64,000 bases of DNA, from the sequence record OM870969.1; one strand, written 5' to 3'. Positions 45,753 to 54,191 of this stretch are shown piece by piece. The DNA is from Pseudomonas phage vB_Paer_PsCh. How positions within the stretch are numbered: position 1 is the stretch's first letter; the number at the start of each line of letters is the position of its first letter. Both the position numbers and the translations under genes were made by a program. The notes below the pieces were generated by a model. The model made no database searches. It was not told where the DNA came from and was given only the letters and a program-made list of their open reading frames with translations.

Positions 45753-46232
45753 TTACAGTTCGTAAACGTATACCTGAAACTGGCCGAGCGTCTCCTCGAT
45801 AAGAGGCTCGACATTGCTCCAGTCCTCTCCGGCTAAACCGCAGCCAATCTTCGGCAGACCTACACACAACTCCGAGGTAGGAATCGCCCGAGCGTCAGCC
45901 TCTGCCTCAAGGAACAGAGACATAGTGTACAGGGCTTGGCCCAGTGCGTCAAGCTGAGTGTAGACTCGTCCCTCTTCTCGGCCATAGTTGTACTGCCCGT
46001 ACAGATTGTAAATCGATCCATACTCGTTAATTGTGAAGGTGAGGGAGCCGAGTTTGCCTCGATCCCCTTTCACCGTTGCTTGGTCTGCCTCGTAGGCCTC
46101 CGGGAATTGCTCCCGGATTTGCTTAGCAATGCCGCTGCCCATGGTGTTGAAGCAATTAGCCTGATGTGCAATAGCGTGCAACTCTTTGTTTTTGAACGCG
46201 GCGAGCAGGTCGCCCTTTCGGTATTTAATCAT
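45753..46232 (-). CDS. macro-domain protein (ADP-ribose binding/processing)
   Basis: Motifs AIAHQANCFNTMGSGIAKQIREQFP and LPKIGCGLAGEDW match macro-domain signatures. Confidence 0.6.
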   Translation of the reverse strand: MIKYRKGDLLAAFKNKELHAIAHQANCFNTMGSGIAKQIREQFPEAYEADQATVKGDRGKLGSLTFTINEYGSIYNLYGQYNYGREEGRVYTQLDALGQALYTMSLFLEAEADARAIPTSELCVGLPKIGCGLAGEDWSNVEPLIEETLGQFQVYVYEL

Positions 46233-46426
46233 TTGAACCTCTCTACACTTGTGAATCTGACTTCAGAGCCTCTCGCTCCGTGAGCAATGTCCGCGTACAT
46301 TGAGTTAATGGCAGCAAACGGGGACCAATACTCCTTCTCCCAGATTTTGAACTTGAACATTTTGTGCCCTTTATTTTCTGGGCGACCTTGTTCGCAGAAG
46401 GTTGTAAAGTAATATTTAGCTAACAC
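46229..46426 (-). CDS. hypothetical protein (65 aa)
   Basis: ORF between the NAMPT-like and macro genes. Confidence 0.4.
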   Translation of the reverse strand: MLAKYYFTTFCEQGRPENKGHKMFKFKIWEKEYWSPFAAINSMYADIAHGARGSEVRFTSVERFK

Positions 46427-46437
46427 CTTTATCCTCC

Positions 46438-48126
46438 TTATACTCCGTTCTTAATCCGATAACGGATAGATGCCAAGTCATTGTTCTTCAGGTCTTCGGT
46501 GTCCCACTTCCCGTCTTTGAAGAACGTCCGCAAGGAACCAGTAGCCTCCTCCTCTTCAGATACATTATCTTTCAACTGGAGGAATCGCCCATTTTGCAGG
46601 TCTCGGTACACTTTCAGGAGGCCTTTAGCCGACTTCTTCTTGCTGTCAGTTTTCGGGTCTTTGAAGATTGCAATGCCTTCACCGTTCACTTCCGTGTAGG
46701 TAGCTTTCACTGCGAATCCGAAAGTATCCCGGGTGTTGCACTGGTAAGTGTAACTGCCAACTCCAAACACTACGTTCAGGGAAGCGAAACCTTTCTCCTT
46801 CAAGCGCTCCAAGATTTTAGCTGCTCGGCGAGTCGTAATGGAATCCCCATAGATCAAACCGATATGAGAATCGAGCATCTTATAACCTGCTTCATTCACA
46901 GTACCGCCGAAGGTTTCCCACAGAACTTGGATAGCTCCCTTCACCTGTGCCTCGCTCACTTCTTCGAGTTTATAGCCAACTACATACTCGTATTGGTCCC
47001 ATTCGGTGGGAATAACCTTGAAGTACTTATCTTCAAAGTTCAGAACAAAGGCGTCGTTTCCATTAACTGCATCCATGATATCCCAGTGTTCGAGAGATTC
47101 AACAACTTCAATATCGCCTAGTCCACAGATAACCTCTACAGGGTCACCAGAATCAGGGCGAACAACCAGCTTGCCATCCCGCTCCATGATCTGATCCTTG
47201 ATGGACGGCAGAATGTCAGTAAGCACGCCCCAGAAGTCGAAGCTGTCTGCCACGTACGACAGAATACCACTCGGGAACTTACCCATCAGTTCGACAAGGA
47301 ACCGACGTTCTGCTTCCTCACGGCCACCTTCACCTTCCCCATCATTCATTTCTTTCTCAATACGAAGGATGTTGCTAGTAGCTACAGCGTGTTCAGTCGC
47401 AGGTACGGAGCAAGCTACCAGACCAGTCGCGCTATAGTAGTCCTCGGCGTAGATAGCCGCTGCCAAGGTGTCCGAGCCTACGAACGAGGTCAAGTGACCA
47501 ACACCACTTCGGGCCGCGTCTTCAATCCCACTCATACCCCGGGCACTGAAGTCGTGAAACTGAACGGACAGCAGGAAGTCGTCGTAGCACCCAGTGTGGT
47601 TCGCGTAGTACCGGCCCATAGCTGCGTATTCTGCGGCAATGGTTGCGTTGGTTGCGGTCTTCCAAGTCATAGCCGAAATCAGGGTCTCATGGTAGTTCAC
47701 CAGCCAGTAGAACTCAGGCAGGGTATTCTTGATAGTGAGCACAGGCACGCCCATAGGAACGCTAACGCCCTCGGTCAAAGACTTAACCTCCAGAGGCAGA
47801 TAGCCGAGCTTGTGAAGGGCGCGAAGCTGCTCCACGGCTTCCATTTCCCGGCCAAAATAGCCAGTCAGGAACCGGGAATACCGGCCAACGGCGTTCTCTT
47901 CTTCAGCCGCGAAGAAGCCTTCCCAAGACTCTACGATCTCCATCCAAGCGGCCCGTCCGCCGACCCACTTTAGAGTGCCGTCGTAGAAGTCGGTGGCATG
48001 CGTCTTTCGATAAATCTTATCGGAGCGAGGGGTCAGGTTGCTATAGACAAGCTGAGTTCCTTCCGAGTACATGGAGCCGTGTCCAATCTTGTACCCATCA
48101 GTGGAAAGATGCGGCAGAATTTTCAT
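46438..48126 (-). CDS. nicotinamide phosphoribosyltransferase-like (NadV/NAMPT family; possibly Namat of an NARP1-type NAD reconstitution pathway)
   Basis: 562 aa. NAMPT-family character throughout (YSNLTPRS..., GYKLEEV, DSHIGLIYGDSIT). Immediately next to a PRPP-synthetase-like gene. Confidence 0.6.
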   Translation of the reverse strand: MKILPHLSTDGYKIGHGSMYSEGTQLVYSNLTPRSDKIYRKTHATDFYDGTLKWVGGRAAWMEIVESWEGFFAAEEENAVGRYSRFLTGYFGREMEAVEQLRALHKLGYLPLEVKSLTEGVSVPMGVPVLTIKNTLPEFYWLVNYHETLISAMTWKTATNATIAAEYAAMGRYYANHTGCYDDFLLSVQFHDFSARGMSGIEDAARSGVGHLTSFVGSDTLAAAIYAEDYYSATGLVACSVPATEHAVATSNILRIEKEMNDGEGEGGREEAERRFLVELMGKFPSGILSYVADSFDFWGVLTDILPSIKDQIMERDGKLVVRPDSGDPVEVICGLGDIEVVESLEHWDIMDAVNGNDAFVLNFEDKYFKVIPTEWDQYEYVVGYKLEEVSEAQVKGAIQVLWETFGGTVNEAGYKMLDSHIGLIYGDSITTRRAAKILERLKEKGFASLNVVFGVGSYTYQCNTRDTFGFAVKATYTEVNGEGIAIFKDPKTDSKKKSAKGLLKVYRDLQNGRFLQLKDNVSEEEEATGSLRTFFKDGKWDTEDLKNNDLASIRYRIKNGV

Positions 48127-48182
48127 GTTATTTCCTCCTGTTGTGTTGAATAGGCCCAGACTACATCAATCTGGGCCTCCTG

Positions 48183-48401
48183 TCAATATTCGACTTCTTC
48201 TACTGGCAGCGTCAGCACAGGGTAGATGCATGGAAGGCGCAGCAATGGTTGCTTCTTGCTGTGGAAGTCTTCCCAAAACTTATCGTGCATCGTCTTGTAC
48301 CGAGCGTCCAGTTCCTCCTTGGTGTCGAACTCCTCCACCTTGACAACCCTCTTCTCTGGAGCCGAACGCTTATACTCTACAATCCAGATACTCAAGCTCA
48401 C
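48183..48401 (-). CDS. hypothetical protein (72 aa)
   Basis: ORF between the Prs-like and NAMPT-like genes. Confidence 0.4.
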   Translation of the reverse strand: MSLSIWIVEYKRSAPEKRVVKVEEFDTKEELDARYKTMHDKFWEDFHSKKQPLLRLPCIYPVLTLPVEEVEY

Positions 48402-49264
48402 AGGCGTTCCGCCTTGGAGTATTCAACCGGAATGACAGTCAGCGCTTCGTGCTCTTTTTGAGGGAGCGTATCCGAGGTGTAGATGCATCCGAAGGAATCC
48501 AGCAAGCAGTCGATACCCTTACTGAAGATTCCATGAGTGACGAACAGGTCAGGGAGCACTTTACTGTACTCTCTTAGGGCCTTAGACACGCTTCGGAATG
48601 TAGCACCTCCGTCACAGATATCGTCGATCACCAGAAGCGGAAGTTCAGGATCGATATCCGAAGGATTCAGAATTTCAAAGCCTTCGATTTTACCGGTCTG
48701 GAGATCGCGCTTCTTATTGCAACGAATTACAGCGGCTGCTCCGGCCTTCTTTGCAAAATCCTCGGTCCGCTTTGTTGCTCCGATATCAGGGGCTACGAGT
48801 TGATATTGCTCCCACTCTGAACGGCTCAGTAGGCCACCGAAGACCGAAGATTGACGGACAACTTCGACGTTGTTAATCAGGTGCAGAGTTGCGTCGCTGT
48901 GAGGGTCCACAACGATAACTCGGTCATATCCGGCAGAGTTCAGCATGTTTGCAAACACTTTCAAACTGAAGGCGTCGCCCGGATTGCACCGACGGTCTTG
49001 GCGAGCATACGGGACATAACCCAGCAGAAGAGTCATGTGCGGATTAATCATTTCTGCTCGGATCGCCTCGGTGACGTTGAGAAGAGCCATGATATCATCA
49101 CTATTCTGAATCTGAGCTTTAACGTTTACGAACGCATGGCTTTCGATGCCGCCCACATTAACGCCCACTTCGCCGCCCGGGAACGTCCACACTTTTGCCT
49201 CTTGCCACGGACGGCTCATAACACCTTCCATTTCCTGAAGGCAACCTACAGCATAACTAATCAT
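48398..49264 (-). CDS. ribose-phosphate pyrophosphokinase-like (Prs family; possibly Adps of an NARP1-type pathway)
   Basis: Motifs LVAPDIGATKRT and DDICDGGATF (PRPP-binding). Confidence 0.65.
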   Translation of the reverse strand: MISYAVGCLQEMEGVMSRPWQEAKVWTFPGGEVGVNVGGIESHAFVNVKAQIQNSDDIMALLNVTEAIRAEMINPHMTLLLGYVPYARQDRRCNPGDAFSLKVFANMLNSAGYDRVIVVDPHSDATLHLINNVEVVRQSSVFGGLLSRSEWEQYQLVAPDIGATKRTEDFAKKAGAAAVIRCNKKRDLQTGKIEGFEILNPSDIDPELPLLVIDDICDGGATFRSVSKALREYSKVLPDLFVTHGIFSKGIDCLLDSFGCIYTSDTLPQKEHEALTVIPVEYSKAERL

Positions 49265-49273
49265 ACATCCTCC

Positions 49274-49690
49274 TCACAGTTTCACAGAGAAGCGATTCCG
49301 CATTGCTTCCATCGTGCTCTCGGGAACATCGTGTACAGACTTATTCCCATGACGATTCTCTACAATCAGAGAGATAACAGTGTAGCCAAACTCTTCAGCC
49401 ATGTCAATGTATGGTGCTACCTCTCGCTCCCGGGTACTAGTATTGGATACGATAACCGCATCTAGTCCTATCTCCATAGACCGTCGCGCTTTGTCCATGC
49501 ACTTTTTGTGAGATTCAACTACCCTCTCAGCTTTCCACACATACTTGCCGAACTCCATTTGGTAATCGTCCGCTTCGCAGATAGACGCCTGCCGGCCTGA
49601 CTCCCAAGTTTTGTTATACAGAATCTCGGCAAGAGAGGACTTCCCGGAGCCCGGGAGTCCTCGAATGATATACATGATCTTTTCTTGCAT
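49274..49690 (-). CDS. P-loop kinase (polynucleotide-kinase/AAA_33-like)
   Basis: Walker A GLPGSGKSSLA. 138 aa. Confidence 0.5.
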   Translation of the reverse strand: MQEKIMYIIRGLPGSGKSSLAEILYNKTWESGRQASICEADDYQMEFGKYVWKAERVVESHKKCMDKARRSMEIGLDAVIVSNTSTREREVAPYIDMAEEFGYTVISLIVENRHGNKSVHDVPESTMEAMRNRFSVKL

Positions 49691-49700
49691 ACTTCCTCCT

Positions 49701-50618
49701 TTAAATTCGAGCCATATCGAAGTAGGTTTCGATCAGAAGTCGTCGCTGTGCATCGGTCATTTCTGAGAACCGAGCCTCATCCACTTCATTTACCAAGAAG
49801 TCTACCAGAGGATAGAACTCTTCGTCAAGCGTCTGCTTGAATCCAGCCGGGTCTTGGTACATCGCATTGACCTTCTTACTACCCATCCTCATGATAAACT
49901 TCTTGCCGAGGTAGTGAGTCGACTTGCACTTCACTGTCCCTAGCCCTGTTTGTACCATGTAACCTTCTTTCTCACAAGAACTCAGAAGACCCTTTGCATG
50001 TTCCCAGCTACACTCTATGTGCTCTGGACGAAGAATCTTTACAGAACTGTGGTCCGTTACACCTAGGGCGTGAGAGTCAAGAATATATTCTGAAAGCTGG
50101 CCCCCAGTGAAGATATCGCGGATACCGATCAAATATGCCCCTTCTTCTTCCTCGACAATGTGAGGGTCGTCTGGAGAGCATATCTCGAAGTTATATGTGA
50201 AGCCTGCGATGTAATCATCTGGGTTATTCGACACATACTTCTGACCAAGGGCAACGTAATCGCTGGTCAATGACCCCGTAGTACTGAAGATAAGGGAGCC
50301 ATTGTGCTTAGTCACGGAGAACATGAATCCATTCACTTTCTCAATCAGCCGCACACGGAATTTAGGATGGAGGAAACTCCCAGCACCATTCTCTCCCAGA
50401 TTAAACACCTTCTCGAAGGGGCGTACAATACAATCACCGGAGTGCTGGTCAAATACATGACCCCGTGCCTCCAGAAGGAGCGGATGCTCATTCCACAGGT
50501 TCTCGTAGAACACCTTCCGGGCATACTTTATAATCGACATACCGTTGAAGTGCTTAACAGTCACCAGCTTATTAGCGATCAGGTCTTTGTACATTGCAAT
50601 GTTGAGATTACCTTCCAT
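49701..50618 (-). CDS. RNA ligase-like nucleotidyltransferase (Rnl2-like)
   Basis: Motif I EKVNGFMFS (KxNG), motif IV EGYMVQ, motif V VKCK. Confidence 0.5.
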   Translation of the reverse strand: MEGNLNIAMYKDLIANKLVTVKHFNGMSIIKYARKVFYENLWNEHPLLLEARGHVFDQHSGDCIVRPFEKVFNLGENGAGSFLHPKFRVRLIEKVNGFMFSVTKHNGSLIFSTTGSLTSDYVALGQKYVSNNPDDYIAGFTYNFEICSPDDPHIVEEEEGAYLIGIRDIFTGGQLSEYILDSHALGVTDHSSVKILRPEHIECSWEHAKGLLSSCEKEGYMVQTGLGTVKCKSTHYLGKKFIMRMGSKKVNAMYQDPAGFKQTLDEEFYPLVDFLVNEVDEARFSEMTDAQRRLLIETYFDMARI

Positions 50619-50629
50619 CCTACTTCTCC

Positions 50630-51037
50630 TTATTTCAATTCGACAATTGGGCAGAATTTAGCCTTCTTTGCCTTTAGATACGATACCAGAATCCCATCCT
50701 TGCTGGACGATTTACTCGACATAAAGCGAGAGAATCGGTAGAAAACCCACACGCCATAAAAGACGGCGATGATTCCAATCCATACAAACCCCATGACAGC
50801 CAGAGTCCCACCTAGAACATATCCGGTAAGTGGACCGAGAGCCAGAGAATACAATACAGAGCCTACAACAGCAGCGAGCGCTACAACCGTTAACGCCAGC
50901 CACACGACGAGGAATACTGTCTGCCAGAAATAAGAGCAGAGGGTTACAATTTGCCAACCGCTTGAGATAGCCGAATAGACCGGGGTCTCGAACGTACGAT
51001 GGAGCCGCATATGCCACGAATTCTTATCAATCTTCAT
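50630..51037 (-). CDS. membrane protein (3 TM)
   Basis: Hydrophobic helices throughout. Confidence 0.5.
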   Translation of the reverse strand: MKIDKNSWHMRLHRTFETPVYSAISSGWQIVTLCSYFWQTVFLVVWLALTVVALAAVVGSVLYSLALGPLTGYVLGGTLAVMGFVWIGIIAVFYGVWVFYRFSRFMSSKSSSKDGILVSYLKAKKAKFCPIVELK

Positions 51038-51309
51038 GCTTGTTCCTCCGGGAAGATGTTGAAGTTAAGTACGTTATGCTCTTCAAGTTCCATGGAGGCT
51101 ACCATCTTATAACCTCCGAGCTTGTGAACGATCTCCAGTATACTCTCAATAGAGAATTTGTCAACATGCTGCTTCATCAGATTGGAGATTCGGCTCTGAT
51201 GGGTTCCACACCGCTCTGCCACTTCCCGTTGAGTCAGCCCAGACTGAGTGATGTAGTGTGCAGCAACAACCATTACAGTTTTCTTGAAATCCTTGACCGG
51301 ATCATTCAT
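51034..51309 (-). CDS. helix-turn-helix (XRE-like) transcriptional regulator
   Basis: LTQREVAERCGTHQSRISNLMKQ matches an HTH pattern. Confidence 0.5.
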   Translation of the reverse strand: MNDPVKDFKKTVMVVAAHYITQSGLTQREVAERCGTHQSRISNLMKQHVDKFSIESILEIVHKLGGYKMVASMELEEHNVLNFNIFPEEQA

Positions 51310-51310
51310 G

Positions 51311-51547
51311 TTAGTCCTCCTTATTGCTCAGCGTTACTTTGCCATCGAATACTCGGAATTGAGCGATCTCAAACTGATCCGTCCAGCGGGCGTCCTCGAA
51401 AGCCACTCCTTCAAAAGTCCCGTCTTGTTTAACATCAGAAGTCATGAGGACGATAAAAGGAACTCCGTCGTCATGGATCAGTTCCACCAGAGTGTTAGCT
51501 TTAGGTTTAACATCCTCCTTGTCACGCGAAATCAACACATTGACCAT
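51311..51547 (-). CDS. hypothetical protein (78 aa)
   Basis: ORF. Confidence 0.4.
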   Translation of the reverse strand: MVNVLISRDKEDVKPKANTLVELIHDDGVPFIVLMTSDVKQDGTFEGVAFEDARWTDQFEIAQFRVFDGKVTLSNKED

Positions 51548-51559
51548 TCTTTCCTCCTT

Positions 51560-52114
51560 TTATTTATGGTGGTCTACAACCACAAACTCTTGCTCTCGCA
51601 TATATTCCCTCACTTCGTCGTAAGAGAATACCTGATGGTCCGGGTGATTGTCAATACCTACATCAAGCCGCTTACCCTTGGAAGGCAGGCTACCGTGAGT
51701 GTGACCATGCAGGTGCCAAGCGCCATGATGAGCGGTATTCCACGTCTCGAAAGGATAGTGGCACATGACGATCTTAACTCCGTCGATCCTCACTTCCTTG
51801 TAGTCTCGGATATCTTCGACGTGCGATAGGTTGCTGTCTTCAATCAGCTTCCACAGTCGGCTATCACAGTGATTACCCTTGAGGAAGGTGATCCGACCGT
51901 TCAACTGTCTAATGATATCCAGTACAGCTTGTAGCTTGTTCTTACCTGCAAAAGCGAAGTCGCCCAAGTGATACACTTCGTCAAAAAGACCGACCCGGGA
52001 GTTCCACCGAGAGATAAGCTCCTCGGTTTGCTCCTCGAAAGTCCACGGCCTGTTGCAGTATTCGATCACATTCTTATGGAAGAAGTGAAGATCGGAAGAG
52101 AAAAATACAGACAT
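51560..52114 (-). CDS. Ser/Thr protein phosphatase-like metallophosphoesterase
   Basis: Motifs GDFAFAG, GNHC, HGHTHG. Confidence 0.6.
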   Translation of the reverse strand: MSVFFSSDLHFFHKNVIEYCNRPWTFEEQTEELISRWNSRVGLFDEVYHLGDFAFAGKNKLQAVLDIIRQLNGRITFLKGNHCDSRLWKLIEDSNLSHVEDIRDYKEVRIDGVKIVMCHYPFETWNTAHHGAWHLHGHTHGSLPSKGKRLDVGIDNHPDHQVFSYDEVREYMREQEFVVVDHHK

Positions 52115-52545
52115 TATGCCTCCATTTCAAATTCGTAAATTTTGTTAATCCTGCGGATGAGTCGCATAGCGGCCCCTCCCAGCAGATGTTCACGCTCCGG
52201 TTCCATACTAGCCATGGCCTTGAACTCTGCTAACATATCTCGTCGCTCGTAGTGGAAGTCTACCACCCAATAATGGTCCGCATTGATCTTACCCTCTCGG
52301 TGCAGATGCCCTTCTACGCCTAGCCAGTGGTCTACCGCATCCTTATTCAAAAGCTCCTTCGGAGCCCACTTGTCTACACCTCGCAGCTTCTCGAAGAAAG
52401 AGTAAGGACGAGAATAGCTCATGATGGCTTCCTCTACGGCCGATTCAGCCTGCAATTTGATGAACTCCCATCTTGCAATAACTTCTTTAATCTCCCCAGT
52501 GGTGACTGGAGTGTAGCTATACTGCTCTTTATATTCATTCCACAT
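52114..52545 (-). CDS. hypothetical protein (143 aa)
   Basis: ORF. Confidence 0.45.
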   Translation of the reverse strand: MWNEYKEQYSYTPVTTGEIKEVIARWEFIKLQAESAVEEAIMSYSRPYSFFEKLRGVDKWAPKELLNKDAVDHWLGVEGHLHREGKINADHYWVVDFHYERRDMLAEFKAMASMEPEREHLLGGAAMRLIRRINKIYEFEMEA

Positions 52546-53095
52546 TATACTGTTCTCCTACATAGCCTTTGAATTTGTCGGAACGAGTTGTCTTCTTCCG
52601 TGCCTTGTTTTCCAGAACTGATGCTTCCCTTTCGAGCATGCTCAGTTGGTTGCTATACTTCTTGATCCGCTTCGAGTTACCACTCATCACAGAATTTGTA
52701 AGATTTGCGATAGTATCGCAGATTTTCACTTCTCTTGCAACCGGATGATTACGGCAAGCTTCGATATACTTACGGTAGCTCTCAGCACGGTTCTTATCGA
52801 GAATGACCAGAGCCTCTACGATGTGAGGCATCACGCCCATGGACTCCAAGTCTTCCTCTGTCAACTCTGTATCCTCCAGAACGTCGTGCAGGAAGCACAC
52901 AGCGAGAAGAGTGTCCATGTACGGAAGGTCGGAGAAAGCCTGACCCGGGTCCATATCTTTAGGAGCGTTGCGAGCCACGCAGACTGTATGCACCTGATTC
53001 AGATGGTAAGCATACGGGAAGTTGGTCTCTCCGTACCGCTGACCTTCGTGAGCCGAGAGTGCGATCTCAATAGCGATACCAAGCTGAGTGTTCAT
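52535..53095 (-). CDS. HD-domain (p)ppGpp hydrolase-like protein (SpoT/Mesh1-type)
   Basis: IALSAHEGQRYGETNFPYAYHL and CFLHDVLEDT match the RelA/SpoT hydrolase domain. Confidence 0.6.
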   Translation of the reverse strand: MNTQLGIAIEIALSAHEGQRYGETNFPYAYHLNQVHTVCVARNAPKDMDPGQAFSDLPYMDTLLAVCFLHDVLEDTELTEEDLESMGVMPHIVEALVILDKNRAESYRKYIEACRNHPVAREVKICDTIANLTNSVMSGNSKRIKKYSNQLSMLEREASVLENKARKKTTRSDKFKGYVGEQYNVE

Positions 53096-53096
53096 A

Positions 53097-53657
53097 TTAG
53101 TCTCCTTTGTAGAATGTGTGGTTGCCTATCTTGATTGTGCGCTTGTATTTCCTAGCCCACCGAGGAAGCTTGCCATTATTAGCCCGTCTCACCTTCCTCT
53201 CGTTGAGGTAGTGATCGGCTCCTCTCGTTGGATCGACAGTATACCCATATAGGGCGTTGTATGCAACATGTTTCGCTGCCTCCCACTTGTCAAGCTCCTT
53301 GACACCTTGCCGCATACTCCCATCGCAGGTGTAGGAATACTGGCACTTGAAGTAGAGCACTCCGGCTACTGTGCTCGGCCACCTGTCGTGCTTCATTCTG
53401 TTCACTACGGTGTGTGCTACAGCAATCTGACCGATCTCCGGTTCTCCCCGGGCCTCGAAGTATACAGCTTCAGCTAACAACCTGCAAGGCTTTCTGTACT
53501 CACACAAGGTGCGCTTGCTTTCTATGATTTGACCGGGGCTGGCTTGGAACTCTACTACAGGTTCTGTGCCGTATTTGAGACGAGAGTATTCCATATCTAG
53601 GAACATCCCAATAAAAGCTAGAAGGATCGACAAAACGAGAGCTTCTAAGGTTTCCAT
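53097..53657 (-). CDS. cell-wall hydrolase (SleB/Hydrolase_2-like) with N-terminal membrane anchor
   Basis: N-terminal TM followed by AHTVVNRMKHDRWPSTVAGVLYFKCQYSYTCDG. Confidence 0.5.
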   Translation of the reverse strand: METLEALVLSILLAFIGMFLDMEYSRLKYGTEPVVEFQASPGQIIESKRTLCEYRKPCRLLAEAVYFEARGEPEIGQIAVAHTVVNRMKHDRWPSTVAGVLYFKCQYSYTCDGSMRQGVKELDKWEAAKHVAYNALYGYTVDPTRGADHYLNERKVRRANNGKLPRWARKYKRTIKIGNHTFYKGD

Positions 53658-53669
53658 AACACCTCCTTA

Positions 53670-53698
53670 GACAAAGAAGCCCGCCTTGTGGGCGGGCT
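53670..53698 (-). terminator. rho-independent terminator (minus strand)
   Basis: GCCCGCCCACAAGGCGGGC hairpin followed by TTCTTTGT on the minus strand. Confidence 0.55.
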
Positions 53699-53714
53699 TT
53701 ATATCACTTGGTTA

Positions 53715-54179
53715 TTATAAGCCCAAGTTGTAACGGCGTGCGTAATCCGCGTTGGGGAACTCAACCATCATGGACTGGACATGAACGTTACCCTTACGAT
53801 CCTTTTGAATCTTAGCAGTTTTCACGATCTTGCTCGCCTGCGCCTTAGCCATGAGTTCTGGGCTTACAACCAGATCAATGAACTCTGCACTCCGATACCC
53901 GCATCCAGCAGGAGCCCAGAATCCGTGCTGAGTCATTGTGGAACCGGGAACGAGGTACAGGTTATGCAGACGCACAGCGGTGTTGAAACTCAGCTTACTG
54001 ATGTGCTTTACTTCCCGAGTTTGGGTTTCAAAACACCCAGTCGTGTAGTTGAATTTGTAAGTGAGAGCATCCATGAACTGAATGACACTTCGAATCTGGA
54101 TAGCAGAAGTATCCAAGAGCTGGAACTCTTCAGCAGCGTCTATTGCAGTGGTCACATTGACAGACTTAGCGTTGAACAT
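53715..54179 (-). CDS. dUTPase/dCTP-deaminase-fold protein (tentative)
   Basis: Size and a GCGYRSAEFIDLVV segment loosely resemble the dUTPase family. Weak. Confidence 0.35.
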   Translation of the reverse strand: MFNAKSVNVTTAIDAAEEFQLLDTSAIQIRSVIQFMDALTYKFNYTTGCFETQTREVKHISKLSFNTAVRLHNLYLVPGSTMTQHGFWAPAGCGYRSAEFIDLVVSPELMAKAQASKIVKTAKIQKDRKGNVHVQSMMVEFPNADYARRYNLGL

Positions 54180-54191
54180 TTTATATCCTCC

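Noticed and set aside
49701-50618. Reading 49701..50618 as NMN adenylyltransferase to complete a classical NAMPT/NMNAT salvage route
   Set aside because: No (H/T)xGH nucleotidyltransferase motif. It has KxNG, EG-x-V and KCK ligase motifs instead.
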